Shown: piece after piece, positions 1-8,683 of the stretch
Position numbering within the stretch: position 1 is the first letter of the stretch
Layout of the letters: every line of letters begins with the position of its first letter
Source of the DNA: Gemmatimonadota bacterium
GTDB lineage: Bacteria; Gemmatimonadota; Gemmatimonadetes; Gemmatimonadales; GWC2-71-9
Reading direction: 5' to 3'
Assembly (NCBI GenBank): GCA_036679605.1
Contig: JAZDCZ010000363.1
Span: 1-13,642, forward strand
DNA length: 13,642 nt
Notes under the pieces: model-generated
What the model was told of the DNA's origin: nothing
The model's input: the letters and a program-made list of their open reading frames with translations, nothing else
The model's database searches: none
Translations under genes and position numbers: made by a program

Positions 1-654
1 CCACGGCTGCGAATGAACTCTGGAGTTGGGATATCACGAAGTTGAAGGGCCCGGCGAAATGGACTTACTACTACCTGTACGTGATTCTGGATGTTTTCAG
101 CCGCTACGTGGTGGGCTGGATGGTAGCGCAGCGGGAGTCAGCAGTGCTGGCCAGGCGGCTGATCGAGGAGACGTGCGAGCGACAGGGAGTCACCCGAGAT
201 CAGTTGACCTTGCATGCGGATCGCGGTTCATCGATGAGGTCTAAGGCCGTGGCACTGCTGCTGGCCGACCTGGGTGTGACGAAGACGCATTCGAGGCCGT
301 ACACGTCGACCGACAATCCATTTTCGGAGGCGCAGTTTAAGACGATGAAGTATCGGCCGCAGTTTCCCAGTCGGTTTGGATCCCTGCAGCATACGCGTGG
401 CTTCTGCGGGCCTTTCTTTGATTGGTACAACACCGAGCACCGCCATAGCGGACTGGCGATGCTGACGCCTCAGGCGGTGGTTTGGACAGGAAAAGCGAAC
501 CCGTAGAATGCCCTGAGAGCGCTGATCTCGAAATGGCGAGAGGAAGGAGTACCCCCGAATCCGCAGTTACCGGGACGCGAAACGAGCAGGAGTCACTTGT
601 AAATGCTCCTTAAACTCCAACCCGTGTGTGTCTCACTTTCATTGACAGGTACCG
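1..654 (+). mobile_element. IS3-family insertion sequence A (right part; left part outside window)
   Basis: Carries the DDE transposase at <3-506, followed by an IR-like end GTGTCTCACTTTCATTGACAGGTACCG (628-654). The end is either the CA at 647 or about 654. Confidence 0.7.
3..506 (+). CDS. IS3-family DDE transposase (rve integrase core), 5'-partial, C-terminus possibly degenerate
   Basis: Frame is open from position 3 (TAANELWSWDITKLKGPAKWTYYYLYVILDVFSRYVVGW). DDE motifs are WDIT, HADRG and NPFSEAQFKTMK, followed by WYNTEHRHSG. Confidence 0.9.
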   Translation, partial: TAANELWSWDITKLKGPAKWTYYYLYVILDVFSRYVVGWMVAQRESAVLARRLIEETCERQGVTRDQLTLHADRGSSMRSKAVALLLADLGVTKTHSRPYTSTDNPFSEAQFKTMKYRPQFPSRFGSLQHTRGFCGPFFDWYNTEHRHSGLAMLTPQAVVWTGKANP

Positions 655-655
655 C

Positions 656-1423
656 TGGCGCAGGCGTCCTGAGAGCCGGCGAGTGAAGGAGAATCGGCGC
701 TTGCTAATGGAGATTGAGCAGTCTCACAAGGCGAGTGATCGGAGCTATGGTAGCCCGCGAGTGCATGAGGATTTGCAGGAGCTGGGAATTCGGTGTGGCC
801 GCAAGCGTGTGGCGCGACTGATGCGAGAGAACGGGATCCGAGCGAAGCACACTCGGCGGTACAAGGCTACCACGGATTCCGCTCACAGCGAGCCGGTTGC
901 TCCCAACCTATTGGATCGGCAGTTTGAGGTTGCTGAGCCGGATCGTGTCTGGACAGCAGACATCACGTACATCCGGACACGAGCAGGGTGGTTGTATTTG
1001 GCGGTGATTTTGGATCTGTTTTCACGTCGTGTGGTAGGGTGGTCGATGAGCAACCGGATCGACGGTCAGTTGGCTGTGACGGCTCTGAGAAGGGCACTGC
1101 GAAGCCGCAGGCCGTCACCTGGCCTTCTGCACCACTCCGACCGGGGACGTCAGTACGCCTGCGGCGACTATCGCGACATACTAGAGGATCACGGAATGAT
1201 TTGCAGCATGAGCAAGAAAGGCGATTGCTGGGACAACGCAGTGTCGGAGAGTTTTTTCAAGACTCTGAAGGTCGAGCGCGTGAACGATCGGGACTATTGG
1301 ACCCGGGAGGAAGCCAAGATAGATATCGTCGAGTACATCGAGCGGTTCTACAACCGCAAACGGCGGCATTCATACCTGGGCTATCTCAGTCCGGTGGAGT
1401 ATGAACTACAAAAAGCGGCTTAA
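656..1423 (+). pseudogene. IS3-family transposase OrfB, 5'-interrupted (ORF track 626-1423)
   Basis: WRRRPES...SYGSPRV (HTH_21-like), APNLLDRQF, WTADITY, HHSDRGRQY, CWDNAVSESFFKTLK, YNRKRRHSYLGYLSP. The first ~10 codons of the computed ORF come from the end of IS A. Confidence 0.88.
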
Positions 1424-1427
1424 CTCC

Positions 1428-1453
1428 GTGTCCACAAAATCGGGGCAACTCCA
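1428..1453 (+). repeat. Right terminal inverted repeat of IS3 element B
   Basis: GTGTCCACAAAATCGGGGCAACTCCA directly after the orfB stop, ending in the IS3-type CA-3'. The partner IR is not in the window. Confidence 0.75.
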
Positions 1454-1981
1454 GAGCTACTCAGTCGCTGCGAACGCGGTGAGGTCGGCGCAGTCATCGT
1501 GCTAAAGCTTGACCGCCTGACTCGCCAGACCCGCCACCTCTTGAGCATCGTCGAAGATCTGTTCTTAGCCAAGAACATTGAGCTTCACAGTGTCAGCGAG
1601 AGCCTGGATACCTCAACCCCACATGGTCGCTTTGTCCTGACGTTGTTCGGCGGCCTCGCCCAGATGGAGCGAGAGTTGATTGCCGAGCGTACAAGAGTTG
1701 CTCTCGAGTTCAAGCGCCAACAGTGCCAGCCTACCAGTCATGCCCCTCTAGGCTTCCGTGCAAATGGCAAGCGACATCGGATGCTGCCGGTGCCGGAGGA
1801 ACTTGAGACCGTGCGGCACATCCTCACGCTATGGCGCTGCGGTTCTTCTTATGCTTCCATCGCTGCCAAGCTCAACGTTGAGGGAGTCAGAACAAAGCGA
1901 GGCGGTCGCTGGCACCGTTCGACCATCTCAAGGGTGGTGAAGCGACGTGATCTGTACGTGGAGGTTCTAGGGCGACTCTAG
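1454..1981 (+). pseudogene. Serine recombinase (resolvase catalytic domain plus C-terminal recombinase/HTH), N-terminus cut off by IS
   Basis: In frame from the IS junction: ELLSRCERGEVGAVIVLKLDRLTR...LDTSTPHGRFVLTLFGGLAQMERELIAERT...SYASIAAKLNVEG...GGRWHRSTI. The catalytic YxRVS motif is missing. ORF track 1499-1981. Confidence 0.88.
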
Positions 1982-2708
1982 AGCCTCGGCTGATACGCCC
2001 GAACGGACGTGTCAGTTGGAGGGAACCGTAAGCAGGCTGTCCGTCCCTATGATCTGGCAAACCACCAGCACGAAGAGCACCACCGTTCCCCTGTCCAGTG
2101 AGCTTTGGGACGGTTGTATTACCACAGTAGAGGCTCTGCTCGGTGTTCCTCTCTCATCACGTCCTGCCTTATTGCATAATTGAGTGGGTCCCTTCTGCGG
2201 CAGTTAGGGTGATGCCACGTGAAGTCCCCACCCCCCTGTTTGCGTTCCTGCAGGAGGTTGGAAGGGGCCGTACGGGGGGAAGGGCATTCGGGCGGCTATA
2301 CGATCACCCCCTCAGAAATTCGCGACCAAATTCCACGAGGGTGCCCAAGTCAGCTTCGCGGACCTGGACCTGTAGCTTCGCGATCTCGTTCCGAAGCGAC
2401 GCTCATGGTAGTGAGCGTCCTGTCTCAGGTGTACCTACAAGTGACAGTTCGTCGCTTGGCTACCATCACCCCCGACGACTTGGTTGGTGACCCCGCGTCT
2501 CGTCGTCGGGCGGCTGTCCTGCTGGGCTTCAGACTAACGGCGGGACCAGGACGTTCGGCGGTTGCACCGGCACGAACGCCGCCCGCTAAACAAGGAGACC
2601 ATCGAGGTCGCACGCAGCCTCGGTGTGACGGTGCGGTCCCATACCGCGGATCGACCGGGCGTCAAGCTGAGTATGGGTTAGCCAGCCCAGGACACATTAC
2701 CGAAACCT

Positions 2709-3572
2709 CTAAGAACCCGAACCTTTCTTCTTCTTCTTCTCCTGCCGTGGCGCTCGCCTGGTCCAAATCACGATTACACCGCACCGGGAATCACTACTTA
2801 GAAAGTCCGCTGGTGTCTCTGCAGGACCGCGGTAGACCTCTACCGCTTCCACGTCGTTTGCCGCCACCATCTGGTTAATGATCCCAGGCCCCTCCCTGAG
2901 GAGCGCCCCGTCGATGTAGACGTTCACACCGCACGCCTGTTTGTCCACATCCCGAGGGTCTGGACAGCCTGTGCCAGTGCATGCACTTCCGAATAGCGTT
3001 GCCAGCGGTGGACTAGCCCGAACCATTCGGATGCTCCACTGCCGACCGCCCTTCGACACGACGCGGACCCCGGCCATATTGCGAAAGATGTCAGTCACCT
3101 GTCCCGGATTCTTCGCCTCGATCTCTTCACGGGTCAGAAACACTCCCCATCCCCGGCGCTTCCGCTCGTAGAATCCCCGCAGCGGACCCGGCGCAAATGG
3201 CTCGGCTTCGCCCACTACGGCAACCGTATCAAGCACGAGTGCGTCCTGAGGTAGTATCACTGTCAATTCAATGTCTGCAACGGCGGCAGGAACTTCGAAT
3301 TCAGGTGTAACTGTCGGAGAGTACCCGACTCGGCGCACATGGAGCAGGAACCGACCAGGCTCGGCGTGCAACAGGAACCCTCCGTCGCTACCCGAAACCG
3401 CGCTCGCGACTGCACTCCCGTCCACACCCATCAGCATAACGAACGCTCCATGGATCGCCGTCAAGGTCGAATCGGCGCGAACCGTACCACGAATTAAGGT
3501 CTGGGAGTGAAGGGCTGAGCTTGCCGCGAGCAAGCTCAGGATGGTTACGGCAACGCTGACTGTGCATCTCAT
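2709..3572 (-). CDS. Secreted carboxypeptidase-regulatory-like domain plus TonB-dependent receptor plug domain protein (no beta-barrel), 287 aa
   Basis: ATG at 3572 with GGAGG RBS. Signal peptide ends ...ALHS-Q. IRGTV...SDGGFLL...VRRVGY marks the Ig-like domain. GFYERKRRG.G.FLTREEIE, VYIDG, VEAVEVYRGPAETP and CGVIVIWTR mark the plug region. Confidence 0.82.
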   Translation of the reverse strand: MRCTVSVAVTILSLLAASSALHSQTLIRGTVRADSTLTAIHGAFVMLMGVDGSAVASAVSGSDGGFLLHAEPGRFLLHVRRVGYSPTVTPEFEVPAAVADIELTVILPQDALVLDTVAVVGEAEPFAPGPLRGFYERKRRGWGVFLTREEIEAKNPGQVTDIFRNMAGVRVVSKGGRQWSIRMVRASPPLATLFGSACTGTGCPDPRDVDKQACGVNVYIDGALLREGPGIINQMVAANDVEAVEVYRGPAETPADFLSSDSRCGVIVIWTRRAPRQEKKKKKGSGS

Positions 3573-3615
3573 TCTTTCACCTCCAGTATACGAAACGCCG
3601 ATAGAAACTAACCGC

Positions 3616-4809
3616 TTACCGAGTGGCGCGGCGCGGCAGCCGAAACCTCTGAACATACGGCACATCCTCACTGCTCACTCCAACGCCATACAGGTACCGC
3701 ACACCGATCGCAAGAGTCCTTGGATCTACGTCCTCCCCTCCCTGCACATCGATTGTTCCCAGAAACCGACCAGTCCGCTCGAACACGTCAAACGTAGCAA
3801 GAATGTTGGGGCGTTCTCCCGATGGTACTTGCACCCAGATTCGGCCGAGACGGTCCGAAACGAGTCCAAGAACAGGGGGATGCATCAGGGGGATCTTGAG
3901 CTTCCGTTTGAACCGTTCCGAACTCGCTTGCGCTGTCTTGGCATAGCGCTCAATCAGTGCTGTGGCGGAATCGTGCGCCAACGCCGCCTCTACAGAGCCT
4001 ACCGGCATTGCCTGAACATCTCTGCCAATGCTTCCGATGCGTCGTCCAGACCTGTCGCTGATCGTTAGATCGTACTGATCACCAATGGCAGTGACAAGCC
4101 ACCCGTTTGGCAAGATCGTCCACGCCAGGTCAGCCGTGAATGGCTGATATAGGTAACCTGTATAGCCACGCGCTTCTCCGCTCACTCCGATCATCGGTCG
4201 ATAGTAATGAGGCAGCGGTCGCCTTTCACGCGTTACCGCCGCGTCTCGTACATCAACGCCCTCTAAGTATCGTTCGATCGATGTGTCTCGTACGTTGCGC
4301 CAAGCGGCATAGAAGCGTCCCGATTCCCCGCTCACCAACGGCTCTCGTAGGAATCCGAATCCCTTGATTGAGCGGGAACCTTCATACGCTCCATCAGCGT
4401 CAAATATTGCATACAGTTGTTTGCCCGCATCGCCCACGACAACTTGGTAATCCGCCAATACGGCGATTGATACCGGTCTCTGGAACTCTCCCGGCCCCCA
4501 ACCTTCACTGCCAATCGTGCGCCAGTATCGGCCCTCATCATAGACCTGCACCCGAGAAAACAATCCATCAAGTACGTATACACGATCACTGTCATCAACT
4601 GCTATGTTCGCGATTCGTCCAAATGAATACGCATCCTCGTCCTCGAGTTTCCCCCCAATCATAATATCGGGATTAGTGCTCAAGTGACTCTCTCCCCAAA
4701 CAGCAACGGATCTCTGACTGGGAACGGCTGTCCCTTGTGCTTCGCTGCTCTGCGCAGCTGCCAGGAAGGAAAGCAGCATCCAGAAGTAGCGGGAAGGACG
4801 CACATGCAT
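3616..4809 (-). CDS. Secreted 6-bladed beta-propeller (NHL / DUF5128-like) protein
   Basis: GGAGG RBS and Sec signal (...SSEA-Q). Motifs FGRIANIAVDDSDRVYVLD, IGSEGWGPGEF, DRLGRIWV, FDVFERTGRFLG, DVPYVQRFRL. Confidence 0.82.
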   Translation of the reverse strand: MHVRPSRYFWMLLSFLAAAQSSEAQGTAVPSQRSVAVWGESHLSTNPDIMIGGKLEDEDAYSFGRIANIAVDDSDRVYVLDGLFSRVQVYDEGRYWRTIGSEGWGPGEFQRPVSIAVLADYQVVVGDAGKQLYAIFDADGAYEGSRSIKGFGFLREPLVSGESGRFYAAWRNVRDTSIERYLEGVDVRDAAVTRERRPLPHYYRPMIGVSGEARGYTGYLYQPFTADLAWTILPNGWLVTAIGDQYDLTISDRSGRRIGSIGRDVQAMPVGSVEAALAHDSATALIERYAKTAQASSERFKRKLKIPLMHPPVLGLVSDRLGRIWVQVPSGERPNILATFDVFERTGRFLGTIDVQGGEDVDPRTLAIGVRYLYGVGVSSEDVPYVQRFRLPRRATR

Positions 4810-4833
4810 CGTTAAACCTCCGAAATTTGAACG

Positions 4834-5868
4834 CTATTTATACAACTGGAGCTGGTACCGCACCAGTTCATAACCGTTGATGCTTCTAACCACATACAAT
4901 TCACCTACATCACTCGACGCCACGAGACTCATCGCAAAGGGCACTTCACTTGCCGATATGACATTGCCGTCTTTACTTAGGATGCGAATCGTTGTGACAT
5001 CAGTTTGCGGCGAGTACGTCAAATAGATCATGTAATCGCCGACCCACCCCACACCTACACAGCGCTCGAATACGTCCACCAAACGTCGACCTTCATTTGC
5101 CACGTCAACCGCAAACTCTTCAGCCCGCTTCATCTCCACCTCACGATTCCACCATGACTCAGGCTCTCCTGCTAGGGAGTATTGGGAGACTTCGAAGGGA
5201 TTCAGCCTCACGTGAGTTAGATCGGCGCCAGGGCCGGCACTGGCAAGTCCGAGGCCCCAACCGAGGAGTATCGAGTCAGCCGGGTTCAATTCGCGCGGTC
5301 GCCCGAAGGTACCGACGGCAGAGAGATCAGCGGTATAAGTGTGCAACACCGTAGTTATACTGTCCGCCCATCCAAGTACGACCAAATAGCCGGAGGCAAA
5401 GAACACCTGTGATATACGACGGAATCGGTCAGGTAGTTCGCAGTCCTCCGTATGTTTCAGCGTGGCGTCGTACCGTCGACAGTGAGACGACGAACCCGAG
5501 AAGAGCCATACAGTGCCATCGCCGGATACTGTCACGTGCTCTGGCCAGGACCCGTCGACGAAGCGTCGTAACCGAAGCCCGCGGGCCACATCGCCTACCG
5601 TATCAACCACATGAAGTCGCAAGCTAGTGCGATCCAGCACCAGAAGTTGCGAGGAAGGCGAACGGGCTGCACTAGCGAGCGAACGTATGCCCGTGCTATC
5701 GCCTAATTCGATCGCATACTGCTGCACCAACTGACCGGGAACTCGATCGGCGCTGCGGCATCCATGCAAGCAAATGCAGGTGTACGACATCAGTGTCAAA
5801 AGCAGGGTGTTAACTCTCCCTGGCCGTCTATGTGGTTCATGGCTGGTGCGCAACGTTATCTCTCGCAA
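4834..5868 (-). CDS. Putative beta-propeller-type lipoprotein / hypothetical protein (start uncertain)
   Basis: 344-aa ORF co-oriented within the operon, with possible lipobox LHG-C. Repeated blade-like strands: LLVLD...LHVVDTVG, VTVSGDGTVWL, LHTYTADL...FG, IRILSKDG, LVRYQL. The TTG start has no clear RBS. Confidence 0.62.
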   Translation of the reverse strand: MREITLRTSHEPHRRPGRVNTLLLTLMSYTCICLHGCRSADRVPGQLVQQYAIELGDSTGIRSLASAARSPSSQLLVLDRTSLRLHVVDTVGDVARGLRLRRFVDGSWPEHVTVSGDGTVWLFSGSSSHCRRYDATLKHTEDCELPDRFRRISQVFFASGYLVVLGWADSITTVLHTYTADLSAVGTFGRPRELNPADSILLGWGLGLASAGPGADLTHVRLNPFEVSQYSLAGEPESWWNREVEMKRAEEFAVDVANEGRRLVDVFERCVGVGWVGDYMIYLTYSPQTDVTTIRILSKDGNVISASEVPFAMSLVASSDVGELYVVRSINGYELVRYQLQLYK

Positions 5869-5970
5869 TTGAAAGTACCGTCATTAGAGACTATAGGAGT
5901 GTGGCCGACAACATCAGGAGTCAAAGCGAAAACACATCAACTGCAGCTCCTCACGCCGATCTCAGGTTCC

Positions 5971-6342
5971 TCATTCCAACGTGATAACTCGGGCCACCTG
6001 CAGACGGTTAGCTTCACCATGGCCACTGTACACGACTTCAATTTGCGTTCCACTACATGTCCTTACGGCGAAAGCGTCCTCAGAAATCTGCTTACCTTTG
6101 ATCACGGCTCCGTCTGCAAGAACATGGACATCGCCGGTGTATTCTCCTAACGCTGGAATCCTGCACCTGTCAAAAGGCATACATCCAAGGAGCGGGTCTT
6201 GGGTGCAGGTCCAGTAGCCGCTTTCGAAGCTCCCGAAGCAAGTGTCTTGGTTACATTGCCAACAGGGACCAGCCTCCGATGGCGTGGCCGTTACGACTAT
6301 TCCTGTCAGACTGATAGCAATCGCTACTGCAAGTCTCTTCAT
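5971..6342 (-). CDS. Small secreted Cys-rich protein, 123 aa
   Basis: ATG at 6342 with GGAGGTGAGC upstream. Signal MKRLAVAIAISLTGIVVTATPSEA. Six Cys in the first ~36 mature residues plus one later (VRTC). Confidence 0.8.
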   Translation of the reverse strand: MKRLAVAIAISLTGIVVTATPSEAGPCWQCNQDTCFGSFESGYWTCTQDPLLGCMPFDRCRIPALGEYTGDVHVLADGAVIKGKQISEDAFAVRTCSGTQIEVVYSGHGEANRLQVARVITLE

Positions 6343-6375
6343 GCTCACCTCCGGTTAGTGAAATGATGGTTCTTT

Positions 6376-6403
6376 GGTGCATCCAACCATTGCTACGGTT
6401 GCG
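6376..6403 (-). promoter_or_regulatory. Degenerate ECF-type promoter copy (CGCAAC-N17-GCACC)
   Basis: Same AAC...GCACC architecture as the four strong copies, 33 bp upstream of the 6342 ATG. The spacer is 17 bp and lacks TTCRTG. Confidence 0.4.
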
Positions 6404-6469
6404 ATGTTTCCGGACATTGCCGAACCACACTCCCTGTACCAATGCAAAATTAGGTTATTGATCACCCGG

Positions 6470-8047
6470 CTATCCACCCGCCCTTCCTGCCGCGAGTAAT
6501 TCCTTCAAAGTCCGAGCCTTCCGTAGAAGTTTTATTACACAGCGAACCTGAACGTCATCTCTTGCTCGGTCGCGCAATTCCGCCGGCCGACCAAGCAGAT
6601 ACCTAGTCAGCTGATAATGGACCTGCCGTGCGACAGATTCTCGAGCGGCTCGCGACAAGTGAATGGGTACGGAAATACCACGTGCACGGGACCGATCAAG
6701 GAGTTTATCGATCATGACATCCGTGACTTCTAGATTGTTGTGGGAAACCATGCCTGCCGCTATCACGTCGAAGGGGTAGAGTGCTATAATTTCGCGGAGA
6801 GCTTGCGCTTCATCATCCGGCACAGTGACAAACAAATCATCGCCAGACTTAGCCGAGTCGGCGGCCACAACTATATCAGGAACGATACGACCTTCACCAC
6901 CAAGCACTCGCCCGGCATCTGACACGTACACTGTCGTCGCAGATGGCCAATCGCCACGTCCCGTCAATTGCAAACCTGTCGTCAACTTGCTCTGATGACG
7001 GTGATCAATCCTAGATATAGACCGGCCGCTCGGTGTGTACAGACGCGCAATAGTAATCCGCACTGCGTGGCTATCAGAGAGCTGCCGGAAAAACGAACTC
7101 ACGCCCTTTCCGAAGCTCGGGGTGCCAACGAGGAGTGCTCGGTCATGGTCCTGAAGGGCCCCAGCAACTACTTCGGCCGCGCTCGCCGTAGCTTCATTCA
7201 GAAGGACAACTAGGGGCATGTCGGCCCACCGTTGCGGGTGGCTTGCCTTGTAAGTTCGTGGCATCCCCGGCCCGTGCCCTTTCATCGTCACCACCGTTTG
7301 AGCGCTGTCAAGAAACAGATCAGCGATGCCAACGGCCTCGTAGTGGCTCCCGCCAGGGTTGTCTCGCAGGTCAAGAATGAGCCCCCGCGCGCCTCTGGCT
7401 TCCAGCCGTTCTACCGCTGCCCTTACCTCGTCAGTCGCGCCTTGGGTGAAAGACCTAACTCTTATGTACCCGATTCCGGGAGCGATATTGATCGGCTCGT
7501 CAACGCCTCCTACGTGGACGAAATCACGAGTGGCTTCTATGTGGAGCGGCTCCGCTACTCCCGGGCGGAGCACCGTGAGTTTAAGGCGTGTGCCCAGCTC
7601 TCCTCGTGTAGCGCTCGCCACCTGTTGCGTAGTCCATCCTGTTGTCGACTCATTATCCACCTCGATAATCCTGTCACCCGGCTTTAGTCCCGCGCGGGCG
7701 CTGGGAGAGCGTGGCAGCGGATGCACAACGGCGATCCAGCGACCTAGTGATTCGATTTCCATTCCAATGCCAGCGAAATTGCCGGTCATCCGGAAGAGTA
7801 GGCCGTCAAGCCGGTCGCCGCGGAGCAAGGTTGTGTAGGGATCGTTTAGGCTTGCCAGCATGCCGTCGATGGCCATGTCGTAGAGGTCATCGGAGTCGAG
7901 CGAATCGACGTAATGCTCGGTCAGCATTGCGACGACAGTTCTCAACCGGCCTTCTGCGGATACGTTTCGAACCGCCTGCAGTTGAGAAAGCAGAGAACTG
8001 GGCACCGTCAAAACAACGATGAGCGATGTCAAAGTTGTGCTACCCAT
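6470..8047 (-). CDS. S41 family C-terminal processing peptidase (CtpA-like, PDZ domain)
   Basis: GMLASLNDPYT, FAGIG (PDZ), AGLKPGDRI, DLRDNPGG, TASAAEVVAGALQD (catalytic Ser), FGKG (catalytic Lys), TPSGRSI, IVPD. ATG at 8047 begins a signal-like N-terminus. Alternative start is GTG at 8086. Confidence 0.93.
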   Translation of the reverse strand: MGSTTLTSLIVVLTVPSSLLSQLQAVRNVSAEGRLRTVVAMLTEHYVDSLDSDDLYDMAIDGMLASLNDPYTTLLRGDRLDGLLFRMTGNFAGIGMEIESLGRWIAVVHPLPRSPSARAGLKPGDRIIEVDNESTTGWTTQQVASATRGELGTRLKLTVLRPGVAEPLHIEATRDFVHVGGVDEPINIAPGIGYIRVRSFTQGATDEVRAAVERLEARGARGLILDLRDNPGGSHYEAVGIADLFLDSAQTVVTMKGHGPGMPRTYKASHPQRWADMPLVVLLNEATASAAEVVAGALQDHDRALLVGTPSFGKGVSSFFRQLSDSHAVRITIARLYTPSGRSISRIDHRHQSKLTTGLQLTGRGDWPSATTVYVSDAGRVLGGEGRIVPDIVVAADSAKSGDDLFVTVPDDEAQALREIIALYPFDVIAAGMVSHNNLEVTDVMIDKLLDRSRARGISVPIHLSRAARESVARQVHYQLTRYLLGRPAELRDRARDDVQVRCVIKLLRKARTLKELLAAGRAGG

Positions 8048-8112
8048 ATCGTCCGTGCGTTGAGGATTAACCCCGTTCAGGGGCACGGCGCCATTGCTGC
8101 CTACTCAATACA

Positions 8113-8139
8113 GGTGCCACGAACAACCGAAAGGTCACA
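8113..8139 (-). promoter_or_regulatory. Putative ECF sigma promoter for the S41 gene
   Basis: Minus strand reads TGTGAC-CTTTCGGTTGTTCGTG-GCACC, one of four near-identical copies. Confidence 0.75.
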
Positions 8140-8318
8140 CGCCAAATTCGATCACGTTTGCACACAGGGCTCAAGTTGATGCTTTGCAACAAGTTACGTG
8201 TCAGGGCGATAGGATCGGAAGGAACAAGGACCTCTCCGCCGCTCGCTGAGGGGTCCGTTGTTGCGAGCGCTCTCTCCTTTAGAGATGGGTTGGTCTGAGT
8301 GACCGGGATGGCGTCCTA

Positions 8319-8345
8319 TGTAACCTTTGCGGGTTTCGTGGCACC
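8319..8345 (+). promoter_or_regulatory. Putative ECF sigma promoter for the peptide/beta-propeller pair
   Basis: TGTAAC-CTTTGCGGGTTTCGTG-GCACC, 48 bp upstream of ATG 8394. Confidence 0.75.
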
Positions 8346-8393
8346 AAGTAAGGAGAGAGACAAGGTTCCTTTCTCATTCCATGTGAGGTTCCG

Positions 8394-8600
8394 ATGAAAG
8401 CTCAGTCGATGTGCAAGATCTTCTTTGCCGTAGGGGTCTTGGCCGTGTTACCCGTCGCCCTTACGAGTTCGGGTCAATCCATTAGGGTTACAATCGTTGA
8501 CGCATGCGCTCAAGGCGGTTGCCGCTTTTCACCAGGAGAGTGGTGTGACAGTGAAATACCTGACGGGCAACCCATGTTCAATTATGTGGACCGCCCCTAA
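8394..8600 (+). CDS. Small exported Cys-containing peptide, 68 aa (NVEALA-like organisation)
   Basis: GAGG RBS, hydrophobic N-terminus, then IVDACA and a short tail with GGC...WC. Lies after a promoter motif and before a beta-propeller lipoprotein gene. Confidence 0.72.
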   Translation: MKAQSMCKIFFAVGVLAVLPVALTSSGQSIRVTIVDACAQGGCRFSPGEWCDSEIPDGQPMFNYVDRP

Positions 8601-8683
8601 AACAGTCGCTCTTGCCCCGATCCTCTTGTTGTACAACGCTACAGTGACTGGATACTGTACCTTCTACTCTGGGGCTTCGTGGT

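Larger units (their letters stand above)
655..1453 (+). mobile_element. IS3-family insertion sequence B (right part, interrupted by IS A)
   Basis: orfB followed immediately by a right IR ending in CA at 1453. Its 5' part is displaced by IS A. Confidence 0.8.

Noticed and set aside
626..655. GTG 626 as the real start of orfB
   Set aside because: It lies inside the terminal repeat of IS A, so the in-frame fusion is fortuitous.
2539..2583. Nested hairpin GGCGG...CGTTCG-CGGT/ACCG-CGAACG-CCGCC as an ncRNA or terminator
   Set aside because: Short bulged stems in GC-rich DNA, no U-tract and no recognisable RNA family.
2143..2878. ORFs 2143-2490 and 2219-2878 (+)
   Set aside because: Arg/Pro/Ser-rich with no recognisable motif or RBS. 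The longer one overlaps the plug gene in antisense.
3573..3671. 33-codon N-terminal extension of the plug protein in the ORF track
   Set aside because: It overlaps the upstream gene. ATG 3572 has a GGAGG RBS and starts a proper signal peptide.
8270..8359. 10-bp inverted repeat CTCTCTCCTT / AAGGAGAGAG flanking the promoter (possible invertible switch)
   Set aside because: Low-complexity and short, with no intact invertase in the window. Probably chance.
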